Of a stretch of 59,713 nucleotides of DNA, positions 8,788 to 16,338 are shown one piece after another. The stretch is from assembly GCA_963610045.1 (NCBI GenBank), contig CAVDMS010000001.1, positions 1 through 59,713 on the forward strand, in the 5' to 3' direction. The translations under genes and the position numbers were made by a program. This DNA comes from Bacteroidaceae bacterium (GTDB lineage Bacteria; Bacillota; Clostridia; Oscillospirales; Oscillospiraceae). Each line of letters opens with the position of its first letter. Position 1 is the stretch's first letter. The notes beneath the pieces are model-generated. The model did not search any database. It was not told the DNA's origin and saw only the letters and a program-made list of their open reading frames with translations.

Positions 8788-8839
8788 ATTTTACGCCGCA
8801 CTTCCGGAGACATCAATTCGGATTACCTGCTTTTCGGAT
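8788..8839 (-). promoter_or_regulatory. promoter (TTGATG-17-TAAAAT) with two upstream ATCCGAA direct repeats (candidate LysR activation site)
   Basis: -10 at 8793-8788 and -35 at 8816-8811. ATCCGAA (minus strand) at 8823-8817 and 8839-8833, 16 bp apart and abutting the -35. Confidence 0.4.
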
Positions 8840-8897
8840 AAGAAAAACTGATATGAAAAAAACGCCGCTCCGTCATCCGAAACAGCGTTTACCTTTA

Positions 8898-9791
8898 TTA
8901 TTGTTCAAATTGTGATTTCAGAATATCCGCGAACTCCTCCACATAGTAGCCGGAGTTATCCTTTTTCCAGAAGGCGCAGTAGTTTCTTCGTATAGGCTCG
9001 TTTCCTCTCATCAGCGGAATACGCACGATGGATATACCGGCGGTCGGTACAGAAGCGACGCCTTCCACGGGGAGAAAGCCTTTTCTTCCCGCGACCATCA
9101 GGCGAGCAGCCTCTAAATTCTCTGCGTAAATGATCTCACTGCGGATACCGACGACGGTCTGATAATATTCCTGCTCGGTTTCCCGCTGAGAGGAAGAGGA
9201 GATCAGAATACACGGTTGATTTTTCAGTTCCTCCGGCGTAAGCTCCTTCCGCTGTGCCAAAGGACTGAAAGCGGAAACTTCGACATAGGCGGTACAGGTG
9301 GTCAGGATCATATTAACATATTCATCGGAAAAGGCACGCCGCTGATCGTTGAGGACAAGATCGACCTGCTCCGAGCGGAGCATTGCATACAGTTCTTCAT
9401 GATTTCCGTATTCCACCGAAACAGCTACATCGGGATATTTCTCCGAAAACAGCGCCAACGCCCGATGAAACTCGCTGCCCGAATAGCAGCGCAGATACCC
9501 GATTTTCAAAGACGCCTGATTGCCCTTTGCAATCTTTGCCGCCTCACTGCACATTCTCTCGTAGTCTGCCGTCAGAGCAAGGCTTTTTTGATAAAAATAA
9601 TCGCCGGCAGGAGTCAGCACAAACCCGCGGTTCTTTCGTTCGAGCAATTGAAAGCCAAGCTCCCGTTCGAGCGCCTGTATCTGCTGAGAGATGGCTGATT
9701 GTGAAATATAATTTTCCTCCGCCGCTTCGGAAAAGCTGTTTTTCTGTACGACCGATTGAAAGTATTTAAGCTGCTTGAGCATCTGAATCAC
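8898..9791 (-). CDS. LysR family transcriptional regulator
   Basis: N-terminal HTH (LKYFQSVVQKNSFSEAAEENYISQSAISQQIQALE) plus a substrate-binding domain. 297 aa. Confidence 0.9.
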   Translation of the reverse strand: MIQMLKQLKYFQSVVQKNSFSEAAEENYISQSAISQQIQALERELGFQLLERKNRGFVLTPAGDYFYQKSLALTADYERMCSEAAKIAKGNQASLKIGYLRCYSGSEFHRALALFSEKYPDVAVSVEYGNHEELYAMLRSEQVDLVLNDQRRAFSDEYVNMILTTCTAYVEVSAFSPLAQRKELTPEELKNQPCILISSSSQRETEQEYYQTVVGIRSEIIYAENLEAARLMVAGRKGFLPVEGVASVPTAGISIVRIPLMRGNEPIRRNYCAFWKKDNSGYYVEEFADILKSQFEQ

Positions 9792-10047
9792 CTCTTTTTC
9801 AATTTATTGTACCATGAAATTGTGATTTTTTCTACTGTCAAGTTACTTCCGTTCGCGTCAAGTAATTGTTGGCAATGCTGCGACTTAGTTCAACGAATAC
9901 TCGGCTGTTTAACGATTACAGCAAAGCAGAAAGCCCCGATAACCGTAAAACGCACGAAACCCCGCCGCAGAATTGCTCCGCAGCGGGGTTCGCTTATGTG
10001 CCGAAACAGCCGAAAAGGCTTATTTCAAGCGGTTTTCGGGCATTATA

Positions 10048-10146
10048 GTCCGAGTGGAGGGGCTCGACCTGCGCTGCGGCGCAGGCCACCTCGGGTTGCA
10101 AAGCGCCCCCGGCGCTTTGCTAAGAGCCCTCGGGTTCGAGCCCAAA
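10048..10146 (-). other. degenerate tRNA-Pro-derived copy / structured tRNA-like remnant
   Basis: 10048-10067 is identical (20/20) to the tRNA-Pro 3' end at 10195-10214. The rest folds into an outer stem GGGCTCGA/TCGAGCCC enclosing two GC hairpins, but is not a canonical cloverleaf. Confidence 0.4.
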
Positions 10147-10149
10147 TGG

Positions 10150-10192
10150 GCAAAGAAATAAGCAACGCCCCCCGGTGGGGGCATTGCTTATT
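10150..10192 (-). terminator. rho-independent terminator after tRNA-Pro
   Basis: Minus strand AAATAAGCAATGCCCCC-ACC-GGGGGGCGTTGCTTATTT followed by CTTTG. Confidence 0.7.
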
Positions 10193-10268
10193 TGGTCCGA
10201 GTGGAGGGGCTCGAACCCCCGACCTGATGGTCCCAAACCACCCGCGCTACCAACTGCGCTACACCCGG
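10193..10268 (-). tRNA. tRNA-Pro (anticodon TGG)
   Basis: Hand-folded cloverleaf: acceptor CCGGGTG/CACTCGG, anticodon loop TTTGGGA, T-arm GGGGG-TTCGAGC-CCCTC, encoded CCA. Confidence 0.9.
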
Positions 10269-10285
10269 TTGTTTTAATGCGACTC

Positions 10286-10314
10286 ATTATACCCGATTTT
10301 CCTCGCTTCTGCAA
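10286..10314 (-). promoter_or_regulatory. promoter for tRNA-Pro (TTGCAG-17-TATAAT)
   Basis: -10 at 10291-10286 and -35 at 10314-10309 with a 17-nt spacer. The -10 lies about 18 nt upstream of the tRNA 5' end. Confidence 0.6.
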
Positions 10315-10509
10315 CACCCGCCTTGTATTCCAAAAAAATTTTTTCGCAGGTGAAATATTCCTGCCGCTTCTCCGTCTATATAGGTGAGGCGGCTTGAGGC
10401 CGACCGCCCGAACACAATATATCTGTGACTATTTCCTCAAAGCTTGCCGCCGCACTTGCGCGGCGTGCGGTCTAAAGGCCTCAATATATTTTTGAAAGGA
10501 AAACTTACC

Positions 10510-10623
10510 ATGGGTTGCATAGGCTTTATACTTGAACACACCGCAAAGATTCTTGACTGGACCAACGACGATTACGAGGCTGCCATCATCAGAGAGATCG
10601 CATCCTACTTCGATCAGCCCTGA
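10510..10623 (+). CDS. candidate 37-aa ORF (MGCIGFILEHTAKILDWTNDDYEAAIIREIASYFDQP)
   Basis: GAAAGGA lies 9 nt before the ATG. The 10673-10710 hairpin has a better T-tail on the plus strand. No homology evidence. Confidence 0.25.
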   Translation: MGCIGFILEHTAKILDWTNDDYEAAIIREIASYFDQP

Positions 10624-10672
10624 CATTAGTGCAGGGCAACTCTTACAAATAAAATAAGCTTGCTCAATACAT

Positions 10673-10710
10673 AAGAGCCTTGAAAACACCGAAGTGTTTT
10701 CAAGGCTCTT
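10673..10710. terminator. 17-bp perfect-stem hairpin, bidirectional terminator
   Basis: AAGAGCCTTGAAAACAC-CGAA-GTGTTTTCAAGGCTCTT. Closes the macro/vWA/repeat cassette on the minus strand. Confidence 0.7.
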
Positions 10711-10784
10711 GTTATTATTCCGCAAATGCCGGCTGCGGAAAATGCTTTGATAGAAAAAGGCTGAAATGCCAAGAGAATATCCGC

Positions 10785-11126
10785 TTACTTTTTTGCAAGC
10801 TCTGCCTGGCAACGTTTTGCAAAAGCTTCGTCGCTTTCGAAAATTCCCTGTGATAAGCCTGAGGTTTCCGACCAAACCCTTCGCTGAAAAGAGTGATCGC
10901 TTTCAAAAATTCCTTGGCGCAGCCCGCTTGCGGCACTTGCAGCTCGAACCGCATAGGCTTTGTCGCTTTCAAAAATCCCCTGACTGGTGCCCGATACTTT
11001 GCCGTTGCATCTCTTGAGATAGTCGCTGTCGGATTCAAAGATTCCCTGTGAAAGGCCGCTGGCCTCACGCGCACACCTCTTCTGAAAACTGCTGTCGCTT
11101 TCAAAGATTCCCTGCTTCAATGCCAT
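10785..11126 (-). CDS. 113-aa protein made of five 22-aa GIFESD repeats
   Basis: MALKQ then [GIFESDxxFxKRCxxxxSGLSQ] x5. AGGAGG SD lies 8 nt before the ATG at 11126. The longer ORF to 11228 would overlap the vWA gene. Confidence 0.7.
   Translation of the reverse strand: MALKQGIFESDSSFQKRCAREASGLSQGIFESDSDYLKRCNGKVSGTSQGIFESDKAYAVRAASAASGLRQGIFESDHSFQRRVWSETSGLSQGIFESDEAFAKRCQAELAKK
10788..11111 (-). repeat. five tandem 66-bp coding repeats
   Basis: The GGN ATH TTY GAR AGC GAC unit recurs at a 66-nt period starting at 11111, 11045, 10979, 10913 and 10847 (minus strand). Confidence 0.85.
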
Positions 11127-11175
11127 GTTGATGTTCCTCCTGTATATTATTAAATTTACTGGGATACTACTGTGA

Positions 11176-11811
11176 TTATTTGCTGCGGTTCTTGATGTCT
11201 GCGTCAATACGGCACTTCCAGTTTGCATCGAAAGGCTGAGACGAACGCAATTTGCACACGGTGTCGCTTATGACCTCGTAATTCAGAGCCGTTCCCGCCT
11301 TGTCGCTCTTATAGCGCACCGCGTGATCGGCAAGAATACCGAAGCGCGCCGCTTCCCTTGCGGCATCAATATTTGCGGCGAGGAACAAAAACTCCCAACC
11401 GTACTTCTCTTTCTGCCGCTCAATCATACGCCTTACTGCTTCGTAGCTGTAGCAGCGGCTTGCATTTTCATAGCCGTCGGTGGTAATGACGAACACCGTT
11501 TTCTCCGGCACGTCCTCCGGACGGGCGTATTTGTGGACGTTTCCGATGTGATGCACGGCACTGCCGACTGCATCGAGCAGCGCCGTACAGCCCCGTGCGG
11601 AATATTCCTTTTCCGTCATAGGAGGAACCTCCTCTATCGGCAGGCGATCGTGTATGACTACGCTCTCGCTGTCAAAAAGCACTGTGGAGACAAGTGCCTT
11701 GCCCGGTTCCTTCTTCTGCTTTGCGATCATGGAATTGAAGCCGCCGACGGTGTCCGTTTCCAGTCCCGACATGGAGCCGCTGCGGTCGAGAATAAAAACC
11801 AGTTCTGTCAT
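11176..11811 (-). CDS. standalone von Willebrand factor A (vWA) domain protein with MIDAS
   Basis: VFILDRSGSMSG (DxSxS), a later TALLDA and a TDGYEN acidic site. 211 aa. Confidence 0.85.
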   Translation of the reverse strand: MTELVFILDRSGSMSGLETDTVGGFNSMIAKQKKEPGKALVSTVLFDSESVVIHDRLPIEEVPPMTEKEYSARGCTALLDAVGSAVHHIGNVHKYARPEDVPEKTVFVITTDGYENASRCYSYEAVRRMIERQKEKYGWEFLFLAANIDAAREAARFGILADHAVRYKSDKAGTALNYEVISDTVCKLRSSQPFDANWKCRIDADIKNRSK

Positions 11812-11815
11812 AATA

Positions 11816-11869
11816 AAAGCCTCCTTCGCTTAATTACGCTTTAAGTATAGCGGTTACGAAGGAGGCTTT
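11816..11869 (-). promoter_or_regulatory. 13-bp-stem hairpin pairing the vWA SD with an upstream anti-SD
   Basis: Minus strand AAAGCCTCCTTCG (11869-11857) pairs with CGAAGGAGGCTTT (11828-11816). The latter is the SD 4 nt before the ATG at 11811 and runs into TTTTATT. Confidence 0.5.
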
Positions 11870-11902
11870 GGTCGCCCGTCAAGCGACAAATTATTTTATT
11901 TT

Positions 11903-12934
11903 TCAGGTTCCGAGCAGACTTTGATCGAAGGCAAAGAGCGTTTCGTTTATCATAAAAATGTCGTAGAGCTTGTGCTCGATGAAATACTCGATGATAATGT
12001 CAAACTTGCTGCTGTTACTCAGAGCGTACCCCGCGCGAGCTATGAAGTCACGGGTTTCGTCCAGATCCAGCTCCAACGCAATGGCAAAAGCGATTGCCGT
12101 GGGCTTGGACGGCTTATAATTAGGGTTGTTGCGGATCTTGGAAAACAGCTTTCGATCCACATTCGCCCTCTTGTAGATCTCGGAATCCTTTTTGCCGCTG
12201 CGGTCGATGAGCTTCAAAAGAGTTTCGGAAAAGCCTTCGTCCAGGTAAGCAAGCAGCTCCTCCAACTCGCGAGAGCGCGTGACAGGAGCTGCGCGCTTAT
12301 ATAAACAAGGCTCGCTATCGGCAATATCGTCGATAATAGGCGCGCCGGCGTTAATGCTGTCGCACGAAAAAAGAGAGGCTTCATGCGACAGCAGCTCAAA
12401 CTCTAACTGCATATCCATGTAGTGGCCGTCTATGTATTCGGAGACATCCGAAAGAAGGCCGGCGTCTATGCGGTAGGCACTGCGATCATATATGACGAGA
12501 TAGACCGTTATATCGCTGTGCTTGAGAAACCGGGTAATGGCATCCGTCGCCATGCGAAGCGCCTGTTCCATTGGAAAATCAGCAGCCTTGGGGACAATAA
12601 GCGGAAACGCCACCGTTTCGCAGCCGTATCGCTTTGCCGATGCAAGGCTCGTCCGATAGCATGAATAAAGCGCTTCGCGTTCAGCACTGTTGCCGTACCT
12701 CCAGATGGGACATATGGTGTGGATCACATACTTACAATGCAGACCATACGATCCGGTGATTTGAGATTTTCCCGCCTTGCGCTTCCTAAGCGGACGGTAC
12801 TTGCTATAAAAACCGTGTCCCGCTGTACGGTGGACAGCGCTGTCCGCACCGCCGCCGCTCGACACATTGGCGGCGATGACAACAGCGTCCACATTCATTT
12901 TGGCTATGTCGTTACAAGTTATAATAAGAGGCAT
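11903..12934 (-). CDS. macro domain protein with C-terminal XRE-like HTH region
   Basis: N-terminus NDIAKMNVDAVVIAANVSSGGGADSAVHRTAG (macro signature). C-terminus EIYKRANVDRKLFSKIRNN...PTAIAFAIALELDLDET resembles a Cro/C1 HTH. Confidence 0.8.
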   Translation of the reverse strand: MPLIITCNDIAKMNVDAVVIAANVSSGGGADSAVHRTAGHGFYSKYRPLRKRKAGKSQITGSYGLHCKYVIHTICPIWRYGNSAEREALYSCYRTSLASAKRYGCETVAFPLIVPKAADFPMEQALRMATDAITRFLKHSDITVYLVIYDRSAYRIDAGLLSDVSEYIDGHYMDMQLEFELLSHEASLFSCDSINAGAPIIDDIADSEPCLYKRAAPVTRSRELEELLAYLDEGFSETLLKLIDRSGKKDSEIYKRANVDRKLFSKIRNNPNYKPSKPTAIAFAIALELDLDETRDFIARAGYALSNSSKFDIIIEYFIEHKLYDIFMINETLFAFDQSLLGT

Positions 12935-13030
12935 TGCGTCACCGTCCTTTTTACGCCGTAAAGCGTTTCTTTGAGTGTATCACGCTTTTCGGAATTTCTC
13001 AAGACAGAGACCTTATGCGTCTGTGCTTTG

Positions 13031-14827
13031 TCAGCTTGCTTGGACGCTTGTCTCGGAGGAGCCGACGCAGAGAGTGTAGGTCTCGCCCTTCACGATGTCG
13101 GGGCTTGAGATGATAACGATCTCAAAGCCGAGCTCGGGGCTGTGCGTTATGATCGTGTTTCCGTCGGAATCCTTCAGCACGATCTGCGTTCCCGCCGATT
13201 GACTTCCGACCCGGAGAGCGATAACGCCCTGCTCGGAATCACTGAACGACTGCGCCATGCCCGAAGCGCCCGTTCCGATGAAGGTGCCGCCCGTGATAAC
13301 GCCCGTCTTGTCGTAGTCGAGCGTTGAGGTGTCGCCTTGTGTCGGACCCGTCACAACGATGTAGCCGCCGCTTATCTCAAGGGTGCCGTTTGCGTCGATG
13401 CCGTCGCCGGAGGCTTTGATGTACAGCTTGCCGCCGGAGATGACGATGCTGCCGTTGCTCGACGAATTACCGGGGTCGCCGGTTGCCGAGTCGCCGGCGG
13501 CGTTCAGTCCGTCGTCGGAGGCTGTGACCGTAATGTCGCCGCCTTTGATGTAAAGGTGCAGAGCCTCAAGACCCTCGTAGCTTTCGCTTATCACCATGTC
13601 GCAGTCCGTGACAGTCAGGGTGTCGTCGGCGTGTACTCCGTCGTCGCCCGTGGAAATCTCAAAGCTGCCGCCGGAGATGACTATGGAGGCGTTGGAGTGG
13701 ATGCCGTCGTCGGCGGAGTTTATCGAAAACTCGCCGCCGGAGATGTACAGATCGCCGCCCGCCTTCAGACCCTTTCGGCTTACGTCGTCGCTGTCTGCGT
13801 CGCTGCCCTCATTGCCTGTCGGATCGCCTCCGGGTATCTCACCGGGGATGCCGCCGTCGGGCTTTGCGTCGGGCTTATCTCCCGGACCGCCGCCTGCGTT
13901 GCTTCCCGGATCGCCGCCGGGCATACCTCCCGGACCGCCGCCAATGAATCCGTCGCCGCTTTGCGTGCTTTTGGCGCCGTTTTCGCTTCCGCCGCCGCAG
14001 ACGAGAGTGAAGCTTCCGCCCTCTATCTGCATATAAGCGCCGCTCGATATGCCGTCGCCCTCGGCCACGGCGTCGATGCTGCCGCTTTCGATGTAGACAA
14101 AGCCCAATGAATCGTCGTCGTTGTTTTCACTGTGGAGGGCGTCCTTGCCGGACTCAATCTCGAGGCTTGCGTCCGCTATCCTGATGCTGTCGTTTGCGTC
14201 AAGACCGTGGTAGGCAGAGTCAATGTCGTAGCTTCCGCCCGTCAGTACGAGGTCGTCCTTGCAGACGATGCCGTGTCCGGCGGGGGAGGAGACGGAAAGA
14301 GCGCCGCTTCCGTTGATCGTCAGATCGTCCCTTGAAAACAGCGCCCCGTCAACGCCGTCGTCGGCGCTTTCAAAGGAGCCGCCGTTTGCGAGCGTGTTCT
14401 CCGTACCCTCGGCAAGCGTTACGAAGACCTTGTCCGCATTGTTTATATACAGCGCCGCAGAGTCGCTGCTTGTGATGCTCGCACCCTTTAAGACGATGTG
14501 CGGCTTTGCGTCGTCGGGGACGTCGATCACAACTGAGCCGTCATCGAGAGTGCCGGAGATCACATAGGTCGCTTCCTCGGTTATGGTCACGACGGAGCCG
14601 TCTATCTTAACGCTGTCGGAGCTTGCGGTCGCAGAATCGCCGTTTAGAACTATCTTGACCGCCGTGCTCTCGTCGTAGCTTGCGTCCCTGTCCCTGTCCG
14701 TGAACATATCCGAGGACGAGGGGAGGGAAGCCTCGCCGCCGTCTGTGCCGTCCTTAGAGCTTCCGCAGCCGGACAAAAGCGACAGGACGAGCATCAGTGC
14801 AAGCAGCACCGAAATATATTTTTTCAT
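13031..14827 (-). CDS. lipoprotein, Cthe_2159-like beta-helix carbohydrate-binding family
   Basis: LLSGC lipobox. Repetitive ...DGIxS/DGIDANG... beta-helix-like units and a central G/P-rich linker. Family call is from memory. Confidence 0.7.
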   Translation of the reverse strand: MKKYISVLLALMLVLSLLSGCGSSKDGTDGGEASLPSSSDMFTDRDRDASYDESTAVKIVLNGDSATASSDSVKIDGSVVTITEEATYVISGTLDDGSVVIDVPDDAKPHIVLKGASITSSDSAALYINNADKVFVTLAEGTENTLANGGSFESADDGVDGALFSRDDLTINGSGALSVSSPAGHGIVCKDDLVLTGGSYDIDSAYHGLDANDSIRIADASLEIESGKDALHSENNDDDSLGFVYIESGSIDAVAEGDGISSGAYMQIEGGSFTLVCGGGSENGAKSTQSGDGFIGGGPGGMPGGDPGSNAGGGPGDKPDAKPDGGIPGEIPGGDPTGNEGSDADSDDVSRKGLKAGGDLYISGGEFSINSADDGIHSNASIVISGGSFEISTGDDGVHADDTLTVTDCDMVISESYEGLEALHLYIKGGDITVTASDDGLNAAGDSATGDPGNSSSNGSIVISGGKLYIKASGDGIDANGTLEISGGYIVVTGPTQGDTSTLDYDKTGVITGGTFIGTGASGMAQSFSDSEQGVIALRVGSQSAGTQIVLKDSDGNTIITHSPELGFEIVIISSPDIVKGETYTLCVGSSETSVQAS

Positions 14828-14842
14828 CGCTAAAACCTCCTA

Positions 14843-15538
14843 TCATAATTCGTTTGACGAAGTTTCCTGCCGGGACACGGCGATCTCAAGATTTCCGTTG
14901 CGGCAGCGAAGCTTGTCGATCATTTCTTTTTCCTTGGACGCATCGCCGAGCACCGCATTGTAGGTCAGCTTGAACATACTGCCCATGTTGGTGCTTTTCA
15001 CCCGAATAAGCTCGTGCGAGAGCGTGTATTCCGCAAAAACGTCGTCGAAAACGTCGGAATAGTTAAGGTCCTCCGGGATCGTTATCGAGATCGTCCTGTA
15101 TGCGTCGGCGTTTCTTTTGGAGCCGAGGTCAAAGCGGTTATACAGAATGTATATTGCGCACATGATGAGCGTGAACAGCACGGCAAAGCCGAGGTAGCCC
15201 ATTCCGGCGATAAGTCCAGCACCCATGGCGAGAAACAGCACGCAGATCTCCTTTGCGGTCCCCGGCACCGAGCGGAAGCGAACGAGGCTGAAGGCTCCCG
15301 CCACCGCAACGCCCGTGCCGACGTTGCCGTTTACCATCATTATCACGACGCAGACCACCGCAGGCAGCAGCGCCAGCGTTACGACGAAGCTTTTTGTGCA
15401 GCGGGTGCGGTACATATAGGTCAGCGCCATGAGCAGACCGAGTACGAGCGAAAGCCCGATGCAAAGCAGAAAGTCAGTGACCCCGATGACCGAAACAAGG
15501 TCGGAGTCGAAAATACCTTTGAATATGTTGTCAAGCAT
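14843..15538 (-). CDS. DUF4956 membrane protein
   Basis: Four or five TM segments, AFSLVRFRS motif and a soluble C-terminal domain. 231 aa. Confidence 0.75.
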   Translation of the reverse strand: MLDNIFKGIFDSDLVSVIGVTDFLLCIGLSLVLGLLMALTYMYRTRCTKSFVVTLALLPAVVCVVIMMVNGNVGTGVAVAGAFSLVRFRSVPGTAKEICVLFLAMGAGLIAGMGYLGFAVLFTLIMCAIYILYNRFDLGSKRNADAYRTISITIPEDLNYSDVFDDVFAEYTLSHELIRVKSTNMGSMFKLTYNAVLGDASKEKEMIDKLRCRNGNLEIAVSRQETSSNEL

Positions 15539-16271
15539 TTACAGCCACCTCCGAAGTGAATTTGTTTGCTCCGCAAAGCTGCGGGAAGATGAGCGTCTTG
15601 TACGCAGTACCGTACTTGGAAAACGAGGTCTTGCGGATATGCTCCTTTGAGAGTATCTCGGTCATCCACAGCGGGATGCCGCCGGAGCATTTGATCTCCA
15701 TGATGACCGTGTCGGGCGGCAGTATCGGCGTCCCGTAGACCTCGGCTTCGAGCGAAAGCTCCTCCTGACGGCACAAAACGGTGTCGTCGAAGGTCACACG
15801 AAGGTCGCTGCCGTCCCGGCTGCGGTAGGACTCCCTCTCGTATGAGAGAAACAGCGCCGGGTGCAGCGTTTCGTAATGCTCAAGGAAGTAGTCCACCTCG
15901 TTTGAGATCTGAGTGTGAGCTTTGCAATGCTCCTTGCCTGCGACCCAATCCGCCGCCTCACGTTCAGGCAGCGAGATACGGCGCTTGTAAACGACGGAGC
16001 GGTACTTTTTCTTGAGCTCGACAAACACCGTGCCGTCGGGCGACGCCTGCCTGTAGCTGCGAAGTCTAAGCTTTTCCTTGTAGGTCGGCTTTTCGATCGA
16101 CCGCCGCACGAGCAGGTAGCTGTCCGTGTCGTAGTAGATGTTGCGCACGGTCGTTCTGCCGTAATCCTCCGGCGCCATGTGTTCGCTCATTGCGGCGACG
16201 ACTCTTTCCTTTTGCTCGGAAGTCAGTATATATTTAAGCTCATAGCGCTTGAAAACCGTCTTGTAAGCCAT
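15531..16271 (-). CDS. VTC-domain (CYTH-like) polyphosphate polymerase domain protein
   Basis: MAYKTVFKRYELKYILT...VRNIYYDT...EKLRLRSY...FVELKKK. Start at the ATG 16271 after GGGAGG. Confidence 0.8.
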   Translation of the reverse strand: MAYKTVFKRYELKYILTSEQKERVVAAMSEHMAPEDYGRTTVRNIYYDTDSYLLVRRSIEKPTYKEKLRLRSYRQASPDGTVFVELKKKYRSVVYKRRISLPEREAADWVAGKEHCKAHTQISNEVDYFLEHYETLHPALFLSYERESYRSRDGSDLRVTFDDTVLCRQEELSLEAEVYGTPILPPDTVIMEIKCSGGIPLWMTEILSKEHIRKTSFSKYGTAYKTLIFPQLCGANKFTSEVAVNA

Positions 16272-16338
16272 AAAAAAACCTCCCGTACTGCTGATGTTAC
16301 CATTGTACGGAAGGTTTATTGAAATAAGATTGAAGCTT

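Noticed and set aside
9756-10317. ORFs 9756-10277 (+) and 10120-10317 (-) across the tRNA-Pro locus
   Set aside because: They translate through a tRNA gene, its terminator and the tRNA remnant. They have no SD.
10429-10875. 148-aa minus-strand ORF downstream of the repeat gene
   Set aside because: It spans the strong 10673-10710 terminator hairpin and overlaps the 3' end of the GIFESD gene in another frame. It has no SD.
11127-11228. Longer 147-aa version of the repeat protein
   Set aside because: The extension would overlap the vWA gene by 53 nt and lacks an SD. The internal ATG at 11126 has a near-perfect AGGAGG.
9792-12934. Integrated prophage or genomic island at tRNA-Pro
   Set aside because: No integrase, recombinase or phage gene is present, and the duplicated tRNA end is only about 125 bp from the tRNA. 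At most this is an excision scar. The cassette lies on the 5' side of the tRNA, not the usual 3' integration side.
13790-13960. G/P-rich low-complexity tract inside the Cthe_2159-like gene, and the Pro/Thr tail of VanW (29149-29270)
   Set aside because: Both are in frame within good ORFs and look like ordinary flexible linkers or cell-wall spacers, not independent repeat elements.
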